Source of the DNA: Amoebophrya sp. A120
Taxonomy: Eukaryota > Protista > Dinoflagellata
Length of the DNA: 64,000 nt
Direction: 5' to 3'
NCBI GenBank assembly: GCA_905178155.1
Contig: CAJINV010000019.1
Coordinates: forward strand, 626,475 to 690,474
Position 1 is the stretch's first letter. Each line of letters opens with the position of its first letter. Positions 13,736-26,500 of this stretch are shown one piece after another. The notes beneath the pieces were generated by a model. That model was given only the letters and a program-made list of their open reading frames with translations. It was not told the origin of the DNA and made no database searches. A program made the position numbers and the translations under genes.

Positions 13736-14580
13736 GACGTCTAGTAAAGCTCATACAGAGGTACAGGTAGCATAACAACTAGGTAAAGTCATATGTCAAG
13801 ATAAAGTACTTAAATACTAAGTTGTAGTTCAGGAGTTGGAGTTCTACCTCGAGCTCTTTCCACTTCAAATAGACATAGTACTTAGTCATAGAACAAAAAG
13901 AGCTGTGGAGGGGTCAATTTGAGCAAGTAGTTATTTAAGTTGCGATGAGGCAAAAGACACAACGAAACGCGGAGAGAAGTTAGGCAGCGTTGTATAGGAT
14001 TTTACTGTCAGAAATGCCAGTCTTACAGAACCAAATAAACGGAATTTCTTCGATGAGGACGCATTTCCTTCGAGAACGGAAAAACAAAAACCCAATGGGA
14101 CATCGGGATTTCCTCTAAAAAATGATCTTCGAAAGAACGACACCAACACCATGAGGGTATGGATGTCAAATCTTATTTTGATCGCCGTTGAAAGTCAGTG
14201 CCTTTAATCTGCGCCAAATCACATGTCTGAACTAAAAATATTTATCTTGTCGAAGTAGTGCCTGGCCTAGGTTGTGAATAGAACAGCTACTAACATCGGT
14301 GCAAAGCTGCGCGCAAAAAGTACTTCTTTGCGGGGGACAATCTACTATCCGAATCATTTTTTTTTTCCCCGATCCTTCTTGGTGCTGCAAAATAAAAGAA
14401 AAAAGCAAGAACAAACACACGGTCGATCAAGAACAGATGGATCAGCAAAAGCGACACGCAGGTGAACAAAAACAGTTTGCGTCTTGACAGGAAAATCGCT
14501 TCGCTGCCGTTCTTTTGCAAACGAGCCACGCGGAAGATGACACGACAATACGATTTGTACAGTTTCAAAAGGTCGTTCTT

Positions 14581-17500
14581 TCACAGAAACATTTGACAAT
14601 CCTGCTTCTGATGCAGATGGTGCAGACGCACTCCTTTGTGCGCACTTTTGGTCCTCTTCATGTTCTGTAGGGAAGACCCATGATGTTGCGGCTTCTCGCG
14701 ACGAAAAACATCTGTCGTTGCAGCGTGCCTGCTACCCTTTTCACAACTTCTACCGAGCACAAACATTTTGCGCATTCCCGCCAGCATTTCCATTCCGAGC
14801 AGGAAAACAATCCCAACACGATCTTCCACCACCCGGGTTGCTTTCTTCACTTGGTTCAGGGAAAAGATCCTGTCTGGGGACTGGTTCAACTCCGGGTCGG
14901 TAAACATCACCTTCACACAGCCCTCCGTGTTGCAATCGTGCTGATCATCCGACGTCGTCAGCGGCCGCGAGTTCAAATCGTTTTCTAACTTCTCCAACTC
15001 CGCCGGACTTAAATTCTCGGTGGAAACGACCTGCACCGAGGTTTCGTCCGTGTCGTTCTCGTCATCTTGCTCCGCGATGGGCTTCCACAGCTTGGTGACA
15101 AACCCCTGCGTATCAAACGCAAAAGTGTCTGGGTCTGGAAGAGTGCCAGACTAGTCATGCAGGTTTTCCATGACCCATGAGGTCTGCGTCTGGTATGTAA
15201 GACATAGCATGACAGATTCTGTGAGAGTTCTATCATGCCTATCCTGCATGGGAAACCGCCTCCCGATTGGCTCAAAAGTGGACAGCCTTTCGTAATCACG
15301 CATCATCATCATCATGTAGTGGACACCCGCTCCCAGCGCCACAGGTCAAGGATCCCCTCCCCGGGGGGTGGGCGAGGAAGCACTTTCGGCGACCTCCACA
15401 TACAAAAGCCGAGCGCTACCACGGCAAGTCGCCCCAATAGAAGTACCAACCAGTCGGGAGCTACCCACCACACCTGATCAGTACAGCCCGGCCAGCTAGC
15501 TGAGCGCGACAGCCCAACATACAGAACGATCCAGGACCCGACCCATTTTACGCCATAAGTTTTTGTTCTCACGGAAGAGACGACGTACCCCTTTGGGCTA
15601 AGGGGCGAGACTCTCCCTTAAGCCGCAACCCCACCCAGACAGGGGAGGCTGGACCATTTGTGCCTTACCTGCGGCACGGACGAAAAAGGCAAGTGCCGCG
15701 GACCGGAGATGTCAAACCATTGGCCAGTTGTTTGTCACTGCTGACTGGCAACCCACCTGGGGCACAGCGACAACTTAAAGGTTTAGTTTGTGCGTGGAAG
15801 TCTTAGTGCGACCCTTGACTTATTCTGCAACAGAAGCAAAGGGCGGGAGGGGGGACGGGGGTCGTAAGCCGGAGTCGCGACGGAACTTACCTATTAAGGG
15901 TAGCCGGCAATCCCCTTTACCTCTCAAGCCCCCCTCGACCGTAGCTGATTCCGTATTGTGCCACCGATTAGCTTCGGTTGCATAACACCCAAGGGCTGCG
16001 GAGCACTAATCCCGCCGAACACCGTGCAAGCCTACTCGAAACTACACGCCACCTCCTGCACGAGCAAGGAGAATGGCGGGAACTACCCTTTTACTCTTGT
16101 AGTACACTGCTGTTGCCGTTTTTCTTCGTTCTCACTTATTTTCTAGCACAAGTTTGACACTTTCGTTTTCTGTGCTTTCTGTGCGAATGTTCTAATCAGT
16201 CTGAATGTGGCAAAGTCTCAATGTGGCAAAATCTCAGTGGTTCAAATCGAAACTATTTAGCTGCTAACTTGGCTGCAGAGTGGCAGAATCGTCTACCGTC
16301 ACTCTACATCCTCCTTCTTCCTGCCTGTGACCCGGCGCAACATCTCGCCCCAACTCCTGGGTGAGAGTTGTTCACACTCCAGTGGGGCCTCCTGCTTTTG
16401 TCCAGTGCCCCTCCCGGCCTCGCCGTCGTTCGACGGTAGCATTAAGTGGACTACATCCAGCAACCTCTGGAATTTCCCCACCTGGACATCCGACGCAAAC
16501 GTACGTCGCGGCAGTTCCGCCCCCGTGCACGCTTGACGCGCTTTGTCGCTTCGTTCTTGCTTACCCTCTGAGACCCCTGGCCACACAGGCGACGAAGCCC
16601 GCCCCGCACTCAACGAAGCAGCCTCACTTCCCCCCTCGCTGCGCTTTGCCTCTCTGGTAGCTCCGTTCGGGAGGCTACTGCCGAGGACGCCACTGCTAGA
16701 CACTGTCCGTGCCTTCTCGGTGCCCCTGCTTTCTTGGCTAGTCGCGTCCTCCGTACTCGGCTGCGCCACTTTTCGCAGCTTCTTCTCCGGCGACCCCTTC
16801 ACTAGCTTTTCTGGCTGCCAACTCTTTGGGGAACAGCCAGCAGAGTGCGAGGGGCTAACTCCCTGCTCAGTAAGACACATCTCGTCTTCCGCTAAAGCGG
16901 TAGATCGATCAACCCCCTCACCCCAGCTCAACGCGTTTGAGCCCTCACGCGCTACCTTGGGAAGCCTTTTTGCAAACCTTTTCCGCTCGCTCATTGTGAG
17001 CTGGTCATACCTCTTGTGTGATATGGATGAGGAAGACGAAGAAGCTGACGCTGAAGAACCGACTGGAAGGCGAAGCTCTTCAACTGTCGCCCGACTAGAC
17101 ATCGCCGGCTTTGGGGGACTCACTTCCCCCTGTGCTGGCTTGCTCGCACCCTTCGCAAGAGTACGACACAAACTCAGACAGTCAGCCTCCATGTGAAACT
17201 TACTGAGCGGGTCTTTTGCCACGTCGCTTTTGTGTTTTTCCGTTCCGGACTGCTGCTCCGTGGCACTTCCTGCGTCTACTTTCTCTGCGGGCACGTCGCC
17301 TGCAGCCGTGCCCTTCGCTTCCTTCTGGTCCCCCCTCTCTTGCACCGAGGGGGCCTGTTCCTCCTCTTTTCCTCCTTCTGGTTTTACCTCTTTCCCTTGC
17401 TCTATCCCTAAGCATTCGTCAAGATACAGCGTTCGTCTCGTGCGCGACATCTTCGGCCAGTCCCTGACCGGGGGAAACTTGTACGCTTCTTCACCGAACT

Positions 17501-20500
17501 CGTAGACCGGCCATGTTGTGTAGCAGTTGTCACGCTGCGCTACGTTGACTATCTCGAGAGGGACCGCGTGCACTGGGACTCCCGAGTCTAAGTCCCTGAA
17601 ATTTTCGCCGTGCTTAGGCAAAACTTCTTTACGGACTTCATAGCCCAAGGCCTGCGCGCCTTCTAATGCTTCGACTAGGCTCAGCACTATTCCGTTGCCC
17701 TGCCTGAGCGGGCCACGTGTGTTCGACTGCAACCGCTTGTAGTCCGAAAGCTCCACTCCTGCTCTCTGAACCCCATGACAATACTGCATGACACCCCGCA
17801 GCAAGGCCATTGCATTGCTCACATATGCCAAGAAGCGTCTCTCTTGTCTCCTCACTTCGACCTTTAAGTGCTCCAGTTTCGTTCTGTACTGCGCAACAAT
17901 CCTGCCTGTGCTCCTCTCTACGCAGACCGTTGCAGTCAGATCTGTCGAGGCTCTAATTTCGTAAACCGGTAGGCCTGGCGACATCTTGTCACGTCGTAGA
18001 GTGCGGTCCTGCACGAACCCTGCCACCCTGAGGTCGCTCCTGTGGGAGATGCGGGTCGCCGCGCCGTCAACTAGAGCCTGAACAAGCGCTATGTCCGCTT
18101 TAGCCTGTTCCTTCAGGTCCTCCTTATCGCTGTACTTGATGCCAGTCTCGCCCGCCCCCAGAACTCTAACGGGGTAGACCGCCTTAGGCAATAGGAAGTC
18201 CATATCCGTCAGGATGCTAGACTGGCAGGCACTCCGGAGGAGCTTGATGCTCATAACAAATGGGTCGATTAACGCCAAACAATTCTCGGAGAAAATTACT
18301 CGGTAGAAGCACTGTGGCTGCAGCTGTGCTCTAGCAGTCAGCTCGACCCACGCCCTTTTGGAGAAACCCAGTGTCTCCGCCACTGCAGTGGCCATATCCA
18401 TCAGGAGGTCAGCCCAGTCCGATGGCTGCAAGATCACCTGCATCAATGGAAGGAGATACAACAGCCCCGAAAGATAGAACATAACCACCAACCACCTGAG
18501 TTCCTCCCCGGCCATCTCTTTCTGACTCGCCATGACTTTGGCAGCTAAGTGCTGGCCAAGGCCAATCGCGCTAGTAATCTGACCCTTTGTCGCCGCCCTC
18601 TGCTCGTCTATCCCTTGCAGCGTTATTATTGCGCCGAGGATCCGAGTGGCTCTCTTCCGCAACAGTTGGACGCCTAGTGGCGTGAAAGCATGCAACAACG
18701 CGAAAGCCTCTACCTCCTGATCTGAGCACAGGAGCTCGCTCTTCGCAGGTGACAAAAACTGTCCTTCGCTGACGTACATCCTTTCATAGATTTTCGAAAC
18801 CTGTTGCAGAATCCAGTGCACAGCTTGTCTATCCTGCTTCCTAAAACGCAGGGAGATTGTGCCGTCATCGATAAATTGAACGGCTGTTGCTGCGCGACGC
18901 TTCGCCGCTTTGTGCGGATTCTGTAACTTGCCGTCCTGATACTCGAATCGCACACGTCCTTTGCGCTTATCGTCCCTCGTCTGTGTCGCAACCCTTCTAA
19001 AACCTGTTGACTGGCCCCCATTCGTCCCTACATCAAAAAAGAGCTCGCCCACCTCTGTACGGACATCGTACTTGCGGAATGAAGTGTCCAAATCTTCACC
19101 AGACGCGTAGCGCTTCTCGACTGCGTTGCGCATCGTATGCGCTAACTTTCTAAGTTCCGCGTCGGGGACCACTCGCCCCTCTTCATCAAAGCACCCACTA
19201 AGAAACTTTGCCACTTGATGCACTGCCGGCATGAAGAGGAGACTACCGCACATCATGGCGTCTACACTGCCTTGGATCATTTCATGGTGACCGCTAATCT
19301 CTCCGAAAACTTCGCCGTTCCTCAAATACAGCTTTTTCGAGTACGTGGCTATCATTATCAACTTGATGATCACCGGATGTATGCGAGCGTCACGCAAAAC
19401 CCTTGCCGCACTGCATACCGAGAGACTATTGAAAAAATTTGCGGCGTCGACTCCTATTAGGCAAGTGAGCCACTCTGCTTCTTCCCCCGAGGAGGGCTGT
19501 TCTTGAGCACTAGCATCCCTGTCAGCAGCAGCTGGGCTCCCTGGCGCGGCTAGAGGCTTAGCCTCATGCTTCGCTTTGCTTTGTGAACCCTTCTCGATGT
19601 CCAGGCCAAAAGTGCTCTGCTCGTGCAAAACGAGTGGACTCGCACTAGCTGCCTTCGTAGCCTTTTTTGTGCCCTTACTCCCTTTTGCCCTCTTCTTGCC
19701 CCCAAGTTTGCTGGCCTTACTCCGGGGGGCCCCCTCTCTCTTCTTTTGCAATTTCAAAAATTTCTTCGGCTCAGCATCTAGCTTCCTGTTCCATCCATCC
19801 TGCAGCTCGTCTGAGTATATAGTGCCCAGAATCTCCAGCGCCGTCACAACGCTGGAAGCGCCCGGCTTACCCCCAGCACCTGCTGGTGTATAGTTGTCGC
19901 CTAAGTCAGCAACTCTGGCGCTAATGTATACGAGGTAGGAGAGCAAGAGTCTGTAGCACGGCGTGCCTTTTATGACTGTCCTCAGCTTCCTAATGTCGTT
20001 CCCCAACCCTTTGACCAGAAGCTCTACCTGTAGGGTAGTCAGGAGAGGATGGATCACCTGGTCCTTATCCTCCAGCCACGGTTCGAACTTCATCTTCTTG
20101 ACTTTCCTCAGGAAAGACGTATAGCCCCGGGCTAAGTTGCAGAGTTGCTTCATACCTAAGCCTTGGAATGCTTTGACTCGCATCCCGTCTGCGCCCCCTG
20201 CTTCGCCGTTGACTCTCTTCAGATGAGCCTTCAAGTCTTTTCCTGTAATTTCGATGTCAGGAACAAGGTCGGCCGCTTGAGTCAATTCACCCAAAGCTTT
20301 GGCAAATTCAGCGCGGTCAAAGGTGTGCCTCTTGCCGGCTTCTCGCCTAATGTGCTCGTTTTTCGACAAGTGAAATTCAGCTATCTTCACTGCGCATTCT
20401 TCTGCGCCATAGACATAGACCGGGTCAGCTTCCGAGCCTATATTCAGGCAAGACTGCTCACCTGCAGCCGCGCCTCGTTGTGCCCCACAGACCTGTAGTT

Positions 20501-23500
20501 TTGCTGCTTTCGCCCTTTTGTACTGATTGTCCATTTGGTCTGGGTCACAATCGTGCTCAAAAGACTTTACCCATCTCTCTGCAGTCTCCTTAGCTTCCCG
20601 CGCTAACTGCTGCAGATCGTCCTCGGTGTTTGCCACATCCTTGCCGAGAACAATTCCGCCTTTCCTGACCTTGCCGAAGCCTTTTCGTCCTTTCATCCCC
20701 GGCAAGCCCTTCGAGCCTTTCCCTTTCGAAGTGCACTTGCCGCCCTTGCCAGTGCCTTTTTTTCTATGCGCAAACCTTTCTGGCTTTGCGCGCTCGAAGA
20801 GCTTCTGCAAGTTCTTCGGCATTTCCGCCGGAATCGGGGCAATGAGTTTCTCATCCACTAGAACCTCTTGCATCCACGTCTCCACCTGGTGAATCCCTTC
20901 TTTTTCAAGATCTGGCATCGCTTTTCCCTCAAAAGCCTTCTGCAAAGCCTCGGCCTTGTGCGTGTTCCGAGGCCAGGCAGTGATCATAGGAAAGGGGGCC
21001 GCTTTCTCGAAGTTGTTCCTTCCTTTATAGATCTTGACCCGATTTTCTGTCGACAGGCCCTGCGGGATCCTTTCTGCATAGGTCGCGTTAAATTTCAGAC
21101 CAGATTCTGTCTGGACTCCTGCCTTTTCCCTAGCCATCTGCTGCAGGACCTCCTCAAACTTCCGCAGTGCCGCCCAATGTGGGCGCCACACCACATCTAA
21201 AAGCAGCGCTAGGTGGTCTGTCTCTTCCTCAAGTGGGTGCTCGTGCTTTTCCAGCATTTCGCAACTCCCCTCAGGCGTATTAGCAACCTTCATTCTTTGC
21301 AGCTTCGGCTGTTCAAAGATGCTCGCGTGGTTCGCTCCCACCGCTACAAAGTCAATCGCCCGGCGCGAGGCGCCTTTGTACATGATTCAGATTTTTACAT
21401 GATTCAGATTTAGCATGACCAGTTGCATCCTTCCAGACCCCGACATATTTGCAATGCATACTGTGCCCGGGGCTCCCCGGGGAGAAGCCGCACCTCGACG
21501 GCGCTGCCCTCGGCGATAGTTGGGCTATCAACTGCAACTACATCTGGGTCTGGAAGAGTGCACGACTTGTCATGCATATTTCTCATGGCCCATGGTGCCT
21601 GTAATGCATGACCTAGCACCAAAGACTTTCAGAGGGCTTTGCGATGCCTCTACCGCATGAGAAATGCCCTGTCTGCGTAGCACAAAGCGGACCCCCCTCT
21701 TGCTGGTCATGCAATACAAATTTTTTTAGAATCCAAAAACAACATGACAACTTCCAGACCCCGACATATTTGCATTTGATATGGGTCCACCGTCCGCAAA
21801 ACGTGCACCGCGTGTTTCGGTAGGCAAACCGGCTGGTATGTCTCCGCGATGGTTTTTCCGGTCAGCGCGTTTGTTGTTCCGTCTGTCGCATAATCCCGCA
21901 TGGTTTGAAAACTGTCCAGCCGGAGACACACGGTGTCCTTAGCTTTTTTGCTTTCAAACTCTTCTTCCGGGGTGAGATCGCTGCGGTCGATGGGCTGCGA
22001 GACCACGGCTTCGGGCACGCATTTCTGCGAACTCTTTTCGCACAGGTACCAGCTGTGCTGCTTGGGCACGAACCACAATTCGGTTTTTTCTTCGCCGCTC
22101 GCGCCCCGGCGGACGGAGGTTTCTCCTTGCTCTTGTTCTGGGGTGTCTTGCGAATTTGTTCCCCTGAATCCGAAAAATCGACGGCTCTTTTGCACGTTCT
22201 TCGGGCCCTTGTTTTTCACGCCCCAATCAGCCAGAAATTCCTGGCGAATTACGGTTGCCGCGTCGGAGTCAGTGTTTTCGTCGACGATGCAGTGCTCGTA
22301 TCAAGTGCAAAAGTATCGCACTCGTATTGCAATCATGCATTGCAAATCTTTTTCCTAAGGTAAATTCGCATTACAAATTCCACTTCTCATGCTGAGAAAA
22401 TTTGTAATGCATTTATACGAATACGATACGTTTGCACTGCGCAGCTCGTCCCGAAGATGGCACAGGTTGTCTTTCCGGAAAAACATGGTGGTTGCCGGTC
22501 GTGGCGTATCAAGTGTAAAAATGTCTGGGTCTGGAAGAACGCATGTTTGTCATGCTTGTCTGGCATGACTCTTAAATCTGTCATGCAACTTACCCAAGAG
22601 CTCCATTTTTCTGTGATGCAGAAACGCAGGTTGTCATGCAGAATAGGCAACACATAGAAGCTCAGAAACTTGTGATGCTGAGCCAGCATTTCTGGCCTCA
22701 TCATGAGACGCCACCCAGCATCACAAGTTTCCAGACATCCAGGGATTTTTACATTTGATATGGCGTGGGAGTTGTACTACTACCGCTGCTATCAAATGTA
22801 AAAATGTCTGGGTCTGGAAGAATGCAACTTGTAATGCGTACTTCAGAACACAGAAAAGTCTCTCATGCATACGTAGCAAAAGCTCCCACTTTTTGTCTGC
22901 AAAATAGGGGACTTGTCATGCGGATTCGGCATTGCGGAAGGCTCTCGAAACCTGTGATGCTAGAGCTTCCATGCCAGACCTTCTGCGTCATGCAAAAACA
23001 GCATGACTCTTCCAGACCCAGACACTTTTGCAATCCATAGCTGCCTGCTCCAGAAGATCCAGTACTTCTACTTGTCCCGTCGCCTAAACTGACCGCCACG
23101 AACTCCGGAGGTGCGTGGCTTCGGGCCGCAAAAATCCCCGGCTCCCGCTGGGGCGGGTCTACGTCGTCGCACGTCCTCTCATCCAGCGCCTTCCGGTTCA
23201 CGTAGGGCATCTCCAAAACCATCGGCTTGGTTTTGTTCTTCAGCGCATCCCGCCAGTCCTTCGAAGGAAAATCCTTCCGCTTTGTCACGCGGATGTGCTT
23301 CTCGGTTTCGAGCGGGTTGAAATCCTTCGGACAGTCTATTTCGTATCAAATGCAAATATGTCTGGGCCTGGAAGAGTCGAAGGTTTGTCATGCAGCTCCT
23401 CAAAGCCCCACGAGCTCTCTAATGCAGAGCCTAGCATGACAGATTTTCTGCGGTCATTATCGTGCCTATCCTGCATGAGAAACTCCTTCCTACCCTAACC

Positions 23501-26500
23501 AAAACTGGCAACTTTTGGCAGTCACGCAACACAGATTTTTGTGTGACCCGCAGCATGCATCACAAATTTGAGCTTTTCCAGACCCAGACACATTTGCCAT
23601 GCATATTTCGTTGGATTTTCCGTTGGTCCGGAAACCGAAGTTTTCGAATTTTTTGTACGCTTTCGTGTAGTATCAACTGCGAATATGTCTGGGTCTGCAA
23701 AAATTGGAATCTGTATTGCTCGTCTTGCACTCCTGTAAAATCTGTATTGCGTGACCGACAAAAGCGCGAATGCTTTGTTATGCAAAAACGCAGTTTCTAA
23801 TGGGCATTTACACATCATGAGGAAGCGTCCTGAAAATTTGTCATGCTTGGCTGCTCTCAGAAGTATGCTCCATCATTGCCACATAGCATCACAAGTTTCC
23901 AGACCCAGACATATTTGCAATCCATATGTAGGCGTCGAACGCGTCAACCATCCAGGAGGGGAGGTCCCCGGCTTTTGCTAATTTTTTCATCTCGTGGTTT
24001 TCCGCAATGCAGCGGGACTTCTTGTAGAAAAGGGATAACGCCGACCGAAAATCATGGAACGTGACATCTTCGATTTCAGGGAGGTCCTGCTCAGAGGTGT
24101 AGCTGTCGCCGCTTTTCGTACCTGTATCTTCGTCTTCATCTTCATCTTCTTTGGAAGTTGTACTACTATCCTCATTTGCGTTTGTTCGCTCGTCCTTGGA
24201 ATTAATATCGTTATCGCCGGGGGTGCTCTGCGTGTTCTCGTCCGGTTTATTGCTGTCGCCGCTTTTGTTCGTAGCTGTATCGTCTTCGTCATCTTTTTCT
24301 TCTTGTTCTTTGGTTGTTGTACTATCCTCGTTTACGTTTTTTCCCTCGTCCTTGGAATTAATATCGTTATCGCCGGGGGTGCTCTGCGTGTTCTCGTCCG
24401 GTTTATTGCTGTCGCCGCTTTTGTTCGTAGCTGTATCGTCTTCGTCATCTTTTTCTTCTTGTTCTTTGGTTGTTGTACTATCCTCGTTTACGTTTTTTCC
24501 CTCGTCCTTGGAATTAATATCGTTATCGCCGGGGGTGCTCTGCGTGTTCTCGTCCGGTTTATTGCTGTCGCCGCTTTTGTTCGTAGCTGTATCGTCTTCG
24601 TCATCTTTTTCTTCTTGTTCTTTGGTTGTTGTACTATCCTCGTTTACGTTTTTTCCCTCGTCCTTGGAATTAATATCGTTATCGCCGGGGGTGCTCTGCG
24701 TGTTCTCGTCCGGTTTATTGCTGTCGCCGCTTTTGTTCGTAGCTGTATCGTCTTCGTCATCTTTTTCTTCTTGTTCTTTGGTTGTTGTACTATCCTCGTT
24801 TACGTTTTTTCCCTCGTCCTCGGAAGCCTTATCGCCGGTGCTCTTCACCAAGTCTTCCTTCTCACCAGCAGGAGCGTCTGTGCCGTCCTTTTCGCCACTA
24901 GAAGCATTTGCGTTCTTTGTGCTGTTATTGCCATCATTGTTCTCGCCTTGTTTGGGTAGTTCTGCTTGCTCGGTGGTGGACTTTTTCGCTTTTGCCTTGT
25001 AATTATCCACTTTTTCCGCAGCGTTCGCCTTGCTCTTCCCCCCAAGCGTTCCCGTTGTAAAAAGTTGGTGCACAGCTCCTGCTGCTTTCCTGCCTTCAAT
25101 CTTCTTACCATTTTCCACCACCTCCTTCACCCACAATCTCCTCTCCGGCGCAATCTCGAACTTGTCTTCTAGCGGCTTTTCATTACTACCACTCTTGTTT
25201 CCACCTCCAGTCGCAAAAACGGAGTTCGCGCCCGAATACCCGGGCTTTAGTTTCGGTTTCCACGCTTGCAGGAAGAAAAAAAGCGCCGACTCTTCTTCCT
25301 CGTTCAAGTTCCTGCTGTTTCCGTCCTCAATTTTATCCAACTCCGGATCTTTGTCGGGCTCTTTTGGTCCTGGCGTGTCGTCGTTGTTGATTTTCGATTT
25401 CTGCGTCAAGCCGCCGACGGTGTCGTACTTTATCAAGTCTTCCGGTTTGTCTATCCTGTGTGCAAAAAACTGAATCCCAAACACGATTTTTTTGTTGTGG
25501 TATGAACAAGAAAACGCAGAAGGCTCCGCGTCTACGTTTAGCAAACGTAGACGCAACTGTTTACCTCTTGCGGTGCATGCAAAGCCTATCTGTGCATGAC
25601 CTGTCTGATGTGGGCGCTTGCATACCCAGTGCTTTGTAGTTTTACCAGACAACCAGAGTTCAAAAGTTGACTATCGGAGTGTGAGGGACGTTTTAGCGCA
25701 GGATAGCTTCATTATCAGGCTTTGTTTTCTCGTCCTCTTCGTCCTCGGGAACTTCAGCATCGCCTGTGGATGTTGTTGACCCGTCAGTCGACTTACTCCC
25801 GGATTCGTCAGTTTTTTTTGCTTCGTCTACTGTACTTGCGTCTTTACTCGCATCTATTTGCGCACCCGCAGCTGTACTATCGGAAGATTCGGAAGTAGGT
25901 TTATTATCCTTGTTCTCCGCTGCCGCATCCTTCGTACCACTGTGTCGTATCCTTAGTGCCGCATCCTTCTCGACCATGTCGTACTTTATCAAGTCTTCCG
26001 GTTTGTGTTTGTCTATCCTGTGCAAAAAACGAAATCTCAAACACGACATGTTTAGTGTGAGTGCTGTGAACAAAAACCGCAAAACGCTTTTACCAATATT
26101 ATTTTTTTTGGTCCAAGCAAAGCCTGTCCTGTATGCAGAACCCGTCTAAAAATACGAGCGCTAGCATATTTATGATTACCCTTGGGTTATACATTCTAAC
26201 TATCGCAGCAGGTTTCGGGACGTCTTTGCGCAGGATAGCTTCATTCTCGGGTTTTGTTTCCTCTTCGTTCTCGTCCTCGGGAGCGTCATCATCGCCTGTG
26301 GATGTTGTTGACTCGTCCTCGGGAGCAGCTGTGGATGTTGTTGACTCAGTCGACTTACTCCCGGATTCGTCAGTTTTTTTTGCTTCGTCTACTGTACTTG
26401 CGTCTTTACTCGCATCTATTTGCGCACCCGCAGCTGTACTATCGGAAGATTCGGAAGTAGGTTTATTATCCTTGTTCTCCGCTGCCGCATCCTTCGTACC

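Larger units (their letters stand above)
15111..21460. mobile_element. Introner family A split by a LINE (halves 15111-15302 and 21375-21460)
   Basis: The halves concatenate to match 9391-9656; TSD CTGCG/CTGTG. Confidence 0.9.

Noticed and set aside
15660-15680. CTTACCTG resembling the U1 snRNA 5' end
   Set aside because: Lies inside the LINE 3' UTR within a small hairpin; no further U1 structure or Sm site seen.
16299-21383. The RT ORF as the enzyme that mobilises the introners, or as a group II maturase, DGR or retron RT
   Set aside because: The APE remnant and simple-repeat tail indicate a LINE that inserted into an existing introner. TIRs with a fixed 5-bp TSD point to a DNA transposase not present here.
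24054-25002. Plus-strand 301-aa and 283-aa hydrophobic repeat ORFs
   Set aside because: Antisense shadows of the 156-bp acidic coding repeat on the minus strand.
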